Below, piece after piece: positions 1-12,445 of a stretch of 64,000 bases of DNA. How positions within the stretch are numbered: the first letter of the stretch is position 1; every line of letters begins with the position of its first letter. The notes under the pieces are model-generated. The model was not told the DNA's origin. It made no database searches and saw only the letters and a list, made by a program, of their open reading frames with translations. The stretch lies in NCBI RefSeq assembly GCF_964213995.1, contig NC_135808.1, forward strand, positions 31,124,001-31,188,000, given 5' to 3'. The DNA is from Mustelus asterias (taxonomy: Eukaryota). Both the position numbers and the translations under genes were made by a program.

Positions 1-906
1 TCTTTCTGTATTAAATTTGATCTGCCACACATCCGCCCATTCTGCCTGGTGTCTGTATCCTTGAAGTCTACTTCTCCTCACAGCTCACGAGGTGAGCAAG
101 TTTCACGAGGTGCACAAATTGTGAAATTGCACCCTGCGCACACAATCTCAGAATTGCGCAGAAGGTGTGCGCACCAGCTCTACAAAGGGGCATGATGACT
201 GAGTGCCATACTCCTGCCTTTTCCCCATAACTCTTACACTCAGGGCCTAGATCATTAACATGAGATCGAGAAATGGTCCAACCAGGGACCCTGCCGCCCA
301 CCCAATTTTCCTGGGCCCTGCCTGAGGCACCCCACTACATACCCAACTCCACTCTAAAACTTCCTGTCAACGGACCAATTCCGTATGCAGGCTGCCATTG
401 CCCCGTTTTATTCCATCCAATAAATACAAGCTGCTTTTTTTCCCTTTAATATAAGGTGCAAATGAAATAGACACGCACACAGTAAATGGAGATAACGACA
501 GATGGGTGGGTACATAGAGGGCAAAGGAAAATACTTAGAGTTGTACATGCGGAAATAATGACAAAATAGCACGTTTTTAAAAGGCCCCAAAATATAGCGT
601 CAGGTACGTCATTAAGCTGCAGATCAGCCCTGACAAAACTGACTTTAGCGTATTTGATGTGTTAACTGCATCTTGTACAATGTAATAATCCGCAATGATC
701 TTGTACAATGTCAGTAATAATCCGCAATGATGCTTAAAGTTTAGTAATGGCAGCAAGTTTCTACACTATAAACCCACCCCATCTAAAATCTTATTGCGAC
801 TGGATGGATAGTCTCCTGAGTAAATCCCATTAGTAATCACCTAATTTCTAAAGAGCCAGAACACCATATATCGTACCCGCGGTCGCCCCGGAACACTCCT
901 TCTTAC

Positions 907-1320
907 CTTGTACTTTCTCACCGCGTCCGCCACGGGCAGGAAGCTGTGTCCTGAGTGTGAGGGTGAATCTCGACAAATGACACAGATCAGAGTCTGATCG
1001 TCCTCACAGAAGAGTTTCAGCTTCTCATCGTGTTCCTCGCAGTGAGAGCCCACCGCCTGTGGCGCCGGGTTCACTTCCAACTGTCTGGCTTTCTCACAGA
1101 GATTGGCCAACACCCTGGCATTTTTAAACGACCTCTGGGGGAAAACTGCCCGGCATTCCGGGCAGGAAAACTTCTTCCTCCGGCTTTCCCAACATTTCTC
1201 TATACAGGATTTACAGAAGTTGTGATCACAGTCCAGCCGCACCGGCTCCACAAACAGAGCCAGGCAGATGGAGCAGGTTAAATCCTCACTCAGAGTTAAG
1301 ACCTGCTTGTTAGCAGCCAT
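907..1320 (-). CDS. TRIM E3 ligase (TRIM27/39/69- or nuclear factor 7-like), first coding exon with RING and B-box2; gene continues beyond the left edge
   Basis: MAANKQVLTLSEDLTCSICLALFVEPVRLDCDHNFCKSCIEKCW...CPEC is a C3HC4 RING. CEEHDEKLKLFCEDDQTLICVICRDSPSHSGH is a B-box. ATG at 1320 (the ORF track start at 1341 is GTG). Donor AAG|GTAAGA at 907/906 gives a 414-nt exon and a phase-0 intron. Confidence 0.93.
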
Positions 1321-1340
1321 GTTCTCTGTACTGGAATCCA

Positions 1341-1360
1341 CATTTTCACTTTCATTTCTT
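1341..1360 (-). promoter_or_regulatory. ISRE/IRF-E-like element upstream of the TRIM start codon
   Basis: Minus strand reads AAGAAATGAAAGTGAAAATG, i.e. tandem GAAA repeats including GAAANNGAAA, 21-40 bp upstream of the ATG. Confidence 0.6.
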
Positions 1361-1494
1361 CATTGATTGAAGGTCAAAGAGCAAATTAGCGAACATTTCT
1401 TCTTGCAATTAGGGGATGTGGGCTGGGCCAGGTTGTGGTGTTTCCAGGTATCTGTTGCTTTTGTCTTCGATGGTAGAGGTTGTGGATTTGGGGG

Positions 1495-1969
1495 GGTGAA
1501 AAACAGATGGGAATGTTGCTTCTGCAGAAAAATCACAAGACTGACCCACAGTGTGTGTGTATGTAATAAGATCAAACAAACAAAAGATGTGGTTAACGGT
1601 TAACTGATGGAACTAGAAAAATCGCTGACAACTGCAGTTAGCACACACAAGAAGCTTGCACAAGAATAGATAATCAAATAAGGCGTAAAACAAACACGAG
1701 TAAGGGGTAAAGGGATTAGAGGAGTGGAATAAGTAAACAAGGGCAGAGAGAATAGACCTAGGATAGGCTTCCTCAAATGGCAATATAACCTAATCATGGA
1801 AGGGAAAGGCGTGGAGAGACTCAAAACTGCTGTATAAAAATGAGCTGAGTATGTTTGCTGGGTGTGCCTACTTATCGGACACCCGCTCTTGCAAGAACGT
1901 TTGAATAAAACCACTGCTTCAGAATTTGACTCGAGAAAAATTATTAAAGAGTGAGCTGCGTTTCTCACA
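1495..1969 (+). mobile_element. Solo LTR (~475 bp) inserted in an old LINE 3' fragment
   Basis: Termini GGTGAAAAAC...GTTTCTCACA are an 8/10 inverted match. TATAAAAA at 1833 and AATAAA at 1904. Flanks GGGGG/GAGGG form an imperfect TSD. The interrupted LINE sequence resumes after 1970. Confidence 0.65.
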
Positions 1970-2727
1970 GAGGGCGCTCCCTCAGGAATTCCTGCAGTGC
2001 ATCTTGGAGACAGTCACACAGCTGCTATGGTTTATCGGTGGTGGAGGGAGCGAATGTTAGTGGAAGGGGTTAGCAATCAAGCATGGCTGCTTTGTCCTGG
2101 ATGCTGTCTAGTTCTTGAATGTTGTTGGAGCTGCACTCATCCAGGCAAGTGGAGAATATTCCATCACACTCCTGAAATTCATAACTTATTTCATAAAGTT
2201 TTATAGCACAGAAAGAGGACCTGAGGCCCATCATGTCTGCATTGGCCATCAAACACCTATCCTAATCCCATTTTCCCACTCTTGCTCCATAGCCTTGTAT
2301 GTTATGGTATTGCAAGTGCTCATCTAAATGCTTCTTAAATTTTGTGAGGGTTCCCACCTCTCTCACCCTTTCAGATAGTGTTCCAGATTCCCACCACCCT
2401 CTGGGTGAAAATGTTTTTCCTTAAATCTCCTGCTCTTACCTTAATTCTATGCCCCCTAGTTATTGACCCCTCTATGAAGCAGGAAAAGTTTCTTCCTTGT
2501 TACCCTATCTCTCTTATAATTTTGTACACTTTGATGAGTTCCCCCCTCAGATTTCTCTGCTCTAAGGAAAACAATCCAGCAGCCTCTCTTCAAATCTAAA
2601 ACTCTCCAGCAATAACCTTTGCATTCTTTCTAGTGCAATCACATCCTTCCTTTAGTGTGATGATCAGAATTGCATTCAGTACTCGAGCTGTGGTTTTATA
2701 CAGCTTCATCATAACCTCCCTGCTCTT

Positions 2728-5198
2728 ATGCAGGTGGACTGGGTAAATAATGTTGCCAGTGGACCCAAAGAAAGGGAATTCATTGAATGTTTACAGGACG
2801 GCTTTTTGGAACAGCTTGTGATGGAGCCCACGAGGGAACAGGCTATTCTGGACTTAGTGTTATGTAATGAGCCAGACGTGATAAAAGATCTTAAAGTAAG
2901 GGAACACTTAGGAAGCAGTGATCATAATATGGTAGAATTCAGTCTGCAATTTGAAAGAAGGAAGGCAGAATCAGATGTGAAGGTTCTACAGTTAAATAAA
3001 GGTAATTACAGGCGCATGAGGGAGGAACTGACAAAAATCGACTGGAAGCAGAGCCTAGTGGGAAAGACAGTAGAACAGCAATGGCAGGAGTTTCTGGGAG
3101 TAATTGAGGACACAGTGCAGAGGTTCATCCCAAACAAAAGAAAGGTTATCAGAGGGGGGATTAGGCAGCCATGGCTGACAAAGGAAGTCAGGGAATGCAT
3201 CAAGGCAAAAGAGAGAGCCTATAATGTGGCAAAGAGTAGTGGGAAGTCAGAAGATTGGGAAGGCTATAAAAACAAACAGAGGATAACAAAGAGAGAAATA
3301 AGGAAGGAGAGGATCAAATATGAAGGTAGGCTAGCCAGTAACATTAGGAATGATAGTAAAAGTTTCTTTAAATACATTAAAAACAAACGGGAGGCAAAAG
3401 TAGACATTGGGCCGCTCCAAAATGACGCTGGTAATCTAGTGATGGGAGACGAGGAAATAGCTGAGGAACTTAATAAGTACTTTGCGTCAGTCTTCACAGT
3501 AGAAGACATGAGTAATATCCCAACAATTCAGGAAAGTCAGGGGGCAGAGTTGAATATGGTTGCCATCACAAAGGAGAAAGTGCTAGAGAAACTAAAAGGT
3601 CTGAAAATTGATAAATCTCCGGGCCCAGATGGGCTACATCCTAGAGTTCTAAAGGAGATAGCTGAAGAAATAGTGGAGGCGTTAGTTATGATCTTTCAAA
3701 AGTCACTGGAGTCAGGGAAAGTCCCAGAGGATTGGAAAATCGCTGTTGTAACCCCACTGTTCAAGAAGGGAACAAGAAAAAAGATGGAAAATTATAGGCC
3801 AATTAGCCTAACCTCAGTTGTTGGCAAAATTCTAGAATCCATCGTTAAGGATGAGATTTCTAAATTCTTGGAAGTGCAGGGTCGGATTAAGACAAGTCAG
3901 CATGGATTTAGTAAGGGGAGGTCGTGCCTGACAAACCTGTTAGAGTTCTTTGAAGAGATAACAAATAGGTTAGACCAAGGAGAGCCAATGGATGTTATCT
4001 ATCTTGACTTCCAAAAGGCCTTTGACAAGGTGCCTCACGGGAGACTGCTGAGTAAAATAAGGGCCCATGGTATTCGAGGCAAGGTACTAACATGGATTGA
4101 CGATTGGCTGTCAGACAGAAGGCAGAGAGTTGGGATAAAAGGTTCTTTCTCAGAATGGCAACCGGTGACAAGTGGTGTCCCGCAGGGTTCAGTGTTGGGG
4201 CCACAGCTGTTCTCTTTATATATTAACGATCTAGATGACGGGACTGGGAGCATTCTGGCCAAGTTTGCCGATGATACAAAGATAGGTGGAGGGGCAGGTA
4301 GTATTGAGGAGGTGGGGAGGCTGCAGAAAGATTTAGACAGTTTAGGAGAGTGGTCCAAGAAGTGGCTGATGAAATTCAATGTGGGCAAGTGCGAGGTCGT
4401 ACACTTTGGAAAAAAGAATAGAGGCATGGACTATTTTCTAAACGGTGACAAAATACATAATGCTAAAGTGCAAAGGGACTTGGGAGTCCTAGTCCAGGAT
4501 TCTCTAAAGGTAAACTTGCAGGTTGAGTCCGTAATTAGGAAAGCAAATGTAATGTTGTCATTTATCTCAAGAGGCTTGGAATACAAAAGCAGGGATGTAC
4601 TTCTGAGGCTTTATAAAGCACTGGTTAGGCCCCATTTGGAGTACTGTGAGCAATTTTGGGCCCCACACCTCAGGAAGGACATACTGGCACTGGAGCGGGT
4701 CCAGCGGAGATTCACACGGATGATCCCAGGAATGGTAGGCCTGACATACGATGAACGTCTGAGGATCGTGGGATTATATTCATTGGAGTTTAGGAGGTTG
4801 AGGGGAGATCTGATAGAAACTTACAAGATAATGAACGGCTTAGATAGGATGGACGTAGGGAAGTTGTTTCCATTAACAGGGGAGACTAGGACGCGGGGGC
4901 ACAGCCTTAGAATAAAAGGGAGTCACTTTAGAACAGAGATGAGGAGAAATTTCTTCAGCCAGAGAGTGGTGGGTCTGTGGAATTCATTGCCACAGAGGGC
5001 TGTGGAGGCCGAGACGTTGAGCGTCTTCAAGACAGAAATTGATAAATTCTTGATTTCTCGAGGAATTAAGGGCTATGGGGAGAGAGCGGGTAAATGGAGT
5101 TGAAATCAACCATGATTGAATGGTGGAGTGGACTCGATGGGCCGAATGGCCTTACTTCCGCTCCTATGTCTTATGGTCTTATGGTCTTATGGTCTTAT
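2728..5198 (+). mobile_element. Young 5'-truncated CR1 LINE; ORF2 (partial APE endonuclease + RT) open for 791 aa at 2728-5103; (TATGGTCT)n tail
   Basis: Motifs LDLVL...SDHN (APE C-terminus), KSPGPDG, NYRPISLTS, YLDFQKAFDKV, GVPQGSVLGP, FADD, and the CR1 C-terminus LVRPHLEY...RRNFFSQRVV. TCTTAT at 2724-2729 and 5193-5198 bounds the insertion within an older minus-strand CR1. Confidence 0.96.
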
Positions 5199-5376
5199 AG
5201 TCTATGCCTTGTCCATTAAAGGCAAGTATTCCATTTGTTTTCTTAACCACCTTATCTACTTGTCCTGCTGCATTCAGGGGCCTTTGGACATGCACCCTAT
5301 TAGAGGGGGAATTAATGAATACGGTTTATTGCAATTCCTTAGAACAAAGTGAGTATGTGTTATTAAGGGATCAAAA

Positions 5377-5700
5377 TCATAGCATCCCTACAGTGCAGAA
5401 GGAGGCCTTTTGGCCCATCGACCCTACATCGATAACAATCCCAACCAGGCCCTATCCCTGTGACCCCACATATTTACCTTGCTAATCTCCCTAACACTAA
5501 GGGGCAATTTATCATGGCCAATCCACCTAGCCTGCACATTTTTGGACTGTGGGAGGAAACCGGAGCACCCAGAGGAAACCCACGCAGACATGGGAGGAAA
5601 GTACAAACTCCACACAGACAGTGACCTGAGGCTGGAATTGAACCTGGGTCCCTAGTGCTGTGAGGCCGCAGTGCTAACCACTGTGCCACGATGTTGCCCA
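5377..5700 (-). mobile_element. HE1-like tRNA-derived V-SINE with CR1-derived tail (one of about 20 copies)
   Basis: Head GTGGCACAGTGGTTAGCACTG...GGTTCAATTCC (A/B boxes) and V-core GTCTGTGTGGAGTTTG...CTGCGTGGGTTTCCTC. Other copies at about 15787-16078, 23407-23690, 25573-25876, 26830-27140, 31010-31349, 36868-37200, 37906-38252, 43473-43790, 48938-49279 and 54335-54620. Confidence 0.88.
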
Positions 5701-6699
5701 TAAAGGTTTCTCAATAAAGGTCTCATCACAATGGACTAGGGAATCTATCTAAAACTGTTAGAAACTTTAAGTAAAATTCTACATTCAGGGGAAAAGAATA
5801 TGTTGATATAAACAAAACCTGCTTCCGTGGGTGAACAGCTAGCTAGTATGCCTGATGACCTTTGTACCAACTCAAGCTAAAAGTACAAGGTCAAGCCTAG
5901 TAACAACAGATCATTCTTGGAGCAACAGACACCCTGACTCATGATGTCTGTAAAATGTGAATCGAAAATAGGCACTGCTGGAATTTAAAACAATATACCG
6001 CTTACATGATTTTTCACTGCAAAATATATGTCATGGTTCTTCAGCTGGGCAGAGCGTGCATATACTTGAAAAATAAAGTGATCATAACATATTCTGAATC
6101 TCCTGTGATTAGCTCACAATCAGCGATAAGAACTCCAAAGTCCCTCTGGTCCTCTGTACTTCCTAGCATCTTACCATTCATTGAGTATTCCATTGCCTTG
6201 TTAGTCCTCCCAAGATGCATCACCTCACACATGACCACTGGAAATATTTAAGCCAATTCTTTACAGCCAGTAAAATGCTTCTTGAAGTACGGCAAAGATT
6301 GAGATGTAGAAAATGTAGCTCACAGAAAATTTATACGAATGTGATGATAACTGGATAATCTTTTTTTTTGTGGTGACATTGATTGAGGTATTGGCCAGAG
6401 CACCAGCAATAGCTTTCCTGGTCTGCTTAGGAACACTAGGAGCAAGTAAGCCATTAGACCCCTCAAGCCACTTTGCCATTCAAACAGATCATAGCTGACC
6501 TCTTGCACCTCTTTTGCAGTTTATCGTCTCATCTGAAAGGCAAATACTTCTGACAGTCCTGCTGCCAAGTGTTCACTTTGATTTGTGTGTGCAGGCCCTT
6601 GAGTGGGAATTGAACCTTGAACTTCTGTGATTCTGTGACAAATGCACTACCAACTGACACACGGGGTCCATAACAAAGAAGGGTATTTCCATCACTTGT

Positions 6700-7296
6700 T
6701 AGTGTTACATTGATGGGAGTAAAGAGGTGTCCAGTTCACCAGGGGTACAGATCATTGACAACCTGTTCGGGTCCCTCCATGCCGGTGCTATAGTTAAGAA
6801 AGCCCACCAACACCTCTAATTTCTCAGGAGGCTAAGGAAATTTGGCATGTCCGCTATGAATCTCACCAATTTCTACAGATGCACCATAGAAAGCATCCTT
6901 TTTGAATGTGACTCCTGCTCTGACCAAGACCACAAGGAACTTCAAAAGGTTGTAAATGTAGCCCAATCCATCACGCAAACCAGCCTCCGACCCATTGACT
7001 CTGTCTTCACTTCCCGCTGTCTTGGAAAAGCAGCCAACATAATCAAGGATCCCATGCACCTTGGACATACTGTCTTCCACATTCTTCTGTCGGGAAAAAG
7101 ATACAAAAGTCTGAGATCAAGAACAGCTTCTTCCCTGCTGCCATTAGACTTTTGAATGGACCTACCATCTATTAAGCTGATCTTTCTCTGTACCCTATCT
7201 GTAACTGTAACACTATATTCTGCACTGTCTCCTTTAATTCTGCCCTATATACTCTATGAACGGTATGCTTTGTAACTATAGTGTGCAAAAAACAAT
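6700..7296 (+). mobile_element. Rex1/Babar-like LINE 3' fragment; its tail resumes at ~14948-15005
   Basis: NFYRCTIESIL...LQKVVNVAQSI...LLSGKRYKSL is the Rex1-type C-terminus. The 3' end AACAA|TACTTTTCACTG...AATAAATCAAATC is split by the insertion at 7297-14944 (compare the intact end at 62085-62150). Confidence 0.75.
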
Positions 7297-8190
7297 GGGC
7301 ATGATTCTCTCAAAAAAATTCTAAATGCCGAATTTGCATAAAAACTGGAGTAAATCCTGCTGGTTTTTTAGTGGATTTTTCAAAATGAATCTCACACACC
7401 CTGAGCACTGCAGAGTGCCCTAGCATGAATCATTCCAAGAATCAATGGGCAGGGCATGTTCCTGCTGGGGAGTTGGCAACTTAGTGCTGAGTGGGCCATT
7501 GCGCATGCATTCACCCTGTCAGAGAGAAGATATGAGCAGTATGAGAAGTATGAGCATCCCGCCCCAGAATGCTGTCCCTCTGACCCTCCCACGCCCTTTT
7601 CACTGGCTTCCTGGAAGGCCCCAGGCCAGCCCTGACCGTGCCCCCCCCCAACCCCATGCCCCTGGCAGTGCCAATCTCCAGATTCCACCTCCCTTCCACA
7701 GTCCTAACACCCCCTCACATCCCGATGTCCCAAACCCCCCCTCCCCGGCAGGCCAAACCCCCCCCACCCTCCAACACTAAGGCTAGCCCCAATCAGCCCT
7801 TCCCTCTCTCTATCATTGATCCTGACTGCAGAGTGGCAGCGGGACCCCCCACACCACTGATCTGTCCACATAGGCCTCATCCTCCTCTGGCCCTATCCCC
7901 TTGTCACTGCCTGATGCCCGGTGGACAATGCCATGGTGCTCCCTGTCTATTGCCGCTTTGCCCCTTGAGCAGTGCCGGGAAGCCAGTGTGGCAAAGTCTC
8001 AGGGGGGACCCCCCTTACCCCGAGCTTCTGGGAGGCCTCCAATGGCCTCCCTTCACTCCAGCAGGGTCGGGCTGCCAGTTCCCCATTAGTGGGGAGCTAT
8101 TGTAAACCCCACTGGCGAGGGGCAGGGAGTGGTGGTGAGGCTAGCAGGCCCAGAGACTTCAGTTCCGGGCCTGCTAATGACATTAAAATT

Positions 8191-8920
8191 TGAAGAAGGG
8201 AAAGGGTTAATGTTTTTTGTACTCAATGTATTTTGTGCCTAAAAGGTTGAACTTTGTATCTGGAATGTATCATAAACATATTGTTTACTTGTGGCTAGTC
8301 ATCCCTTTTTTATATTGCTCCTGGTAGTAGCATAAGCCATTTGTTCATGTCCTTCATCTTTTACTTTAGTATAAGCCATTTGTTCATGGTTCTCTCGCTT
8401 GTTTATATCATTCTGATAAAACAGACAGTTGAATATAGATGTTAGGAGGCTTTCCCGGAGGCTTGTCTGTGATTTAAGCAGAGGAAGCAGCCACCAAATG
8501 GTAGAGTGCAAGAATGGCCATTTGAAGGAGGACTCCCACTGGGACAGTTGCACTCAGTCACTCAGTCACTTCAAAGGAAACGCTGCGGGAAGAGCAGGGG
8601 ACCAGAGATGACACCTTGACTGCAATGACCAGAAGAATTGTGCTTTATGACCCAAGGATACCAGATGGTTTCTAACCATGATCCAAAGACTATCAGAAGC
8701 TGTTAAAGGAACTATAATTTACGATCAAGGACTGTTAACTGGACTTTGCTTCATGACTTGTATTGGGAACCCTGATGTATAAATATCCATGTTTCTTGTG
8801 TTCAGAGAGAACTTTGGCTTCCACTTTCAAGGGGTCAAGTTCTCCCATAAGCTTATGAAAATAAAGCCTGACTGTATTTTTGACTCATATCAGCCTATAG
8901 AGGTATAATTTCCGACTTCA
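8191..8920 (+). repeat. ERV 5' LTR
   Basis: TGAAG...CTTCA termini. Contains TATAAAT, AATAAA and a duplicated TAGYATAAGCCATTTGTTCATG. About 6 transition differences from the 3' LTR. Confidence 0.96.
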
Positions 8921-8924
8921 GTTT

Positions 8925-8942
8925 TGGTGCCGAAACCCGGGA
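8925..8942 (+). promoter_or_regulatory. Primer-binding site complementary to tRNA-Phe
   Basis: TGGTGCCGAAACCCGGGA is the reverse complement of the vertebrate tRNA-Phe 3' end, 4 nt after the LTR. Confidence 0.92.
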
Positions 8943-9401
8943 CAAAAAAACCCCGGATGTTTGTGGGACTCTTTTTGCAGGCCCAGGTTGAATGGCCACA
9001 ACCTGTGCACTGGAATAGAGTTCTGAACCTAATAGGGTGAGTCAAATTACAGTGGGCCGATCATGTGTGGTGAGTGTGTGTGAGAGTGAAAAGCATCTGA
9101 GCTGAACACATGCGGACAAGGAGGCATTTGTCTGTTATGGATTCTCAAGTGAGTGTAAAGACTGGAGAAAGGTTGCCTGAGATGTGATGTTCAGACGTGA
9201 GTGAGAAAGAAACTGTGTGAGAGAGAAACTGTCTGAGTGATCACTGGAATAGTGTAAGCTTAATAGTGTAAGCGGTGGTACGGAGGGATTTGATCACCCC
9301 TGACAGGTAACACCGGACTCTGATAAGAGCGACCTAGGAGTGGGAGAGTGAGAAGGGAGAATAGAAGGCTCCAAGTGGTGAGTATAAAACTTATCTGTAT
9401 T

Positions 9402-10454
9402 ATGGTGGGATCACAAGTACAAGGACAGTGGGGACTACCGGAATCCCTGATAAATGAGTGTATGACTGAGAGGAACAAATTCATTAAACAGATGAGAAAA
9501 GGGGGGTGGAACTTATCCTACCCTCTGGGCCAACAGCATAAGTGGTTGAGTAAAGAAAAGAGAAACATGACAAAGAAAATAGGAATATTGTTAATACATC
9601 AGTTAGCTGGACTAATTGAGCAAGTCGTTGCCTCTACTCAAAAGTGGAGTGAGGATAAAGAAAGGATTAGGGAGTTAGAATGCAGAGTAAGGGGACTGGA
9701 GAAACAAAACCAAGTATTAGAAGAACAGCAATGGAGAGGGGAAACCATTCCTCTACCTCCTTATGAGTCCATACAACAGGAACTAAACACTCTTCCAGAG
9801 GAATGGGACGCCCGAGAACACAACTTAGTGCCAGTAACCCAAGGGGGAACAGATACACAGCCAAAAGTAAATTATGAACCTTTCACCCTGGGTGAGAGGC
9901 AGCAGATAATGGTTTCCCTGGGTAAATTACAACCTAGAAGCGCAAACACTAAATTCTGGGAAGAATTAGACACAATTTGGGTAGGACACCAATTACACCT
10001 GAGAGACGTACACCAGCTGGTAAGGGCAGCCTGTCCAGCGGGTAAGTGGAGGCAGGTAGCAGGTAGACCCGCCGCTCCTCCAGCACAGGATTATAGTGGG
10101 GGACGGTGGACACATGTAGTCGCCCTAACATCAGAGATAGATGCCCAACAGACACCCTTCGCCCAGTTTAAAGTAGAAATTCTGAGAGTATTAGGGAATG
10201 CTCCCACTAACTGGAGCAGAATGACCACAACGAAACAGCTAAAAGGAGCTTCTGAATGTGGGGGATGGTTGTTCCAGGTACATCAGGAGTGCTCTGGACA
10301 AGGAAACCCAGGTCAAGGGGATCGAGCGTTCATCCAGGCTTTTAAGGATGAATTCTTTAGTGTTCACCAAAAACTCCTTGAAATGGGAATTCTCAGTACC
10401 CCGAACTATGATGAGTTGATAGAATGGGCGAATGGCATACCTGGAGGTGGATAG
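9402..10454 (+). CDS. gag: ERV Gag-like protein (~350 aa; capsid-like region, no CCHC nucleocapsid)
   Basis: First long ORF after the PBS and leader. Contains a coiled-coil segment, an LPPY late-domain-like motif, and YEPFT...HQLHLRDVHQLV resembling the gamma/epsilon CA N-terminus. First ATG at 9402. Confidence 0.75.
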   Translation: MVGSQVQGQWGLPESLINECMTERNKFIKQMRKGGWNLSYPLGQQHKWLSKEKRNMTKKIGILLIHQLAGLIEQVVASTQKWSEDKERIRELECRVRGLEKQNQVLEEQQWRGETIPLPPYESIQQELNTLPEEWDAREHNLVPVTQGGTDTQPKVNYEPFTLGERQQIMVSLGKLQPRSANTKFWEELDTIWVGHQLHLRDVHQLVRAACPAGKWRQVAGRPAAPPAQDYSGGRWTHVVALTSEIDAQQTPFAQFKVEILRVLGNAPTNWSRMTTTKQLKGASECGGWLFQVHQECSGQGNPGQGDRAFIQAFKDEFFSVHQKLLEMGILSTPNYDELIEWANGIPGGG

Positions 10455-11944
10455 GAGAGATCTTAGTTTTTGTATTTCAGTGTGTTTGTGTGATCTGGTT
10501 TCTAGTCGAATGTAGGTGGTTGTTGTTGTATTAAATTGAGAGCAGGAATTGTTGAAACCTTTGTTCTTGTGGAGTGTTTATTGCGGGTAATAAATGACCT
10601 TAGTTTAGCCTCAGGAATGCTGGGGAGGTGTTAAGACTGTTAAAGATTAAAGTGATAAGATTTCTTGCATTTACTTCTGTTTTGAGTTTTACTTTCAGTT
10701 TGGAAGAAAGAAGAATAAAAGTGACTGTCTTAATCCAAGTTCTGTATTCTTTTAAATGTTTTACTTATATGTCAGTTTAAGATGTTAAGTTTGAATGAGT
10801 GGTGGAAGCTTCCATGTGTGTCTGTGTGTGTTTAACAGAGTTGTTTGTTTTGATGTGATTTTACAACTGTGGGTTTGATACAGAGTTTGAATAAAATTAG
10901 AAGATAAATTGAAGTTTCAAAATCAAAGTACATAATTTGAAGTTGGAAATAGCCAATTTGAATTTTGAATAAACCTGTGTTTGAATTTTGTTAAGAAAGG
11001 ATTTTAAACCTTGGAGGGAACCATGTGCTCTCTCCTTTGTCTTAAAGTGAAGATTATGAGAGAATTAGTAGAGAAATTGGGAGAAGAAATTAAGTAATTT
11101 TATGGAAAAGTAGATAAGCAAGAACAAAAGAATGTCTATGAGTCAGTTTAACATATTTTAAGTTAAGTGAAATGAATTGTAATTCTGCTTATTTCACGTT
11201 CCAGCAGGAGATTAATCAATTAAATCTTAGTTGCCAATGCAAATTGCCCTTACAAATGTCTGATAGTTTAATGTTCTGTAACTGGTTAAAATTATGTACT
11301 GCCGTTGGAATTTTATGTGCTATCTATTGTTCAAAGTTTGCCAAATATTGAGCACTGTCAAGCTTAAAATCTAGCCAGTTAAAATCAAACCAAAAGGTTT
11401 CTGATTAATTAACTAGTGTGTATTGTACCTGCTTTGGTTTTGATTTGGCGCCTGTTGTTTTCCTCAAGTGCGGGGGGGGGGTTTTATCTGGAGCTTGGTT
11501 TAAATTGGAAACGGATTGGATTAAAGGGGTTTGGATATCACAGTTATGGTGTGTAAAGTGGTATGATACAACTGCCGCTTGATTATTTTTATCATACAGT
11601 ATAGCACTGCTATATCGACCCGGAAATAAAATCAAATTCTGAAAAGCATTCACCAATTTTGTATAATATAGTTATATATTATATGTTGTGTATTGATAAA
11701 ACATAATTCTGTAGGAGCTTCCTGTTTTCCTCGCCATACAAATGATTAAACTAGAGATAATATCAGGGTACATTATATAAAGATTGGAGCTGTATGGTAT
11801 GTGATTTTAATGGGGAATGCGATGTTTTTTGATGAGATTATTTACAAATGAATGGATGTCCAACTACAGCCAAAAAACCAGTTTAAAGTGTTATTTAATT
11901 CACACTAAGCTTTCTATGGAAGGGGGGTGTGTAGTTAAATGTAT

Positions 11945-12299
11945 AATGTACTAGCTAAAGCCATACAGACATCGGGGAAATTGTGGACAGAGATATTGCC
12001 CACTATACTGATGAGATTAAGAATTACCACAAACCGGACAACCGGATTAACCCTTATGAATTAATGACAGAATGGGTGATGATGTAGGTTCACTAAAAGA
12101 TGAATTCAGGAGATATATTTTGGAACTAAGCACCCAACTTAAAGGCTTGCGCAAATTGGTAAAAGACAATCTGGAACAAAGAGACACAGAGAGAGAGAGA
12201 GCTTGAAATGCTCCCTGACGGGCAGGAAGTTGCGTCCAAGTAAAAGCATTACTTGACAAACCTGGGTTCGACCCTCAATGGGAGGGCCCCTATAAAGTT
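11945..12299 (+). pseudogene. pol: Integrase C-terminal remnant (only surviving part of pol)
   Basis: Manual translation gives NVLAKAIQTSGKLWTEILPTILMRLRITTNRTTGLT/PYELMT (frameshifted) and PQWEGPYKV (GPY/F motif) at 12273-12299. Confidence 0.8.
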
Positions 12300-12445
12300 A
12301 AAATTGTGTAGTGTGCTTAATTCACAGATATGCGAGACGGTTGACCTCCAAGCAAGCTGAACGGGTTCGCGGGCAGTGGCGCGCGGGCGGTATAGCCTTT
12401 GGACCATTGTATAACGGTCGCGCGGGTTATTAGTTAAGTGATAGG

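Noticed and set aside
841-906. C-terminal extension VRRSVPGRPRVRYMVFWLFRN of the TRIM ORF
   Set aside because: It is read-through past the canonical AAG|GTAAGA donor into the intron.
8299-8611. Duplicated small ORFs (also at 14132-14444)
   Set aside because: They lie within the two LTRs, so the duplication reflects LTR identity.
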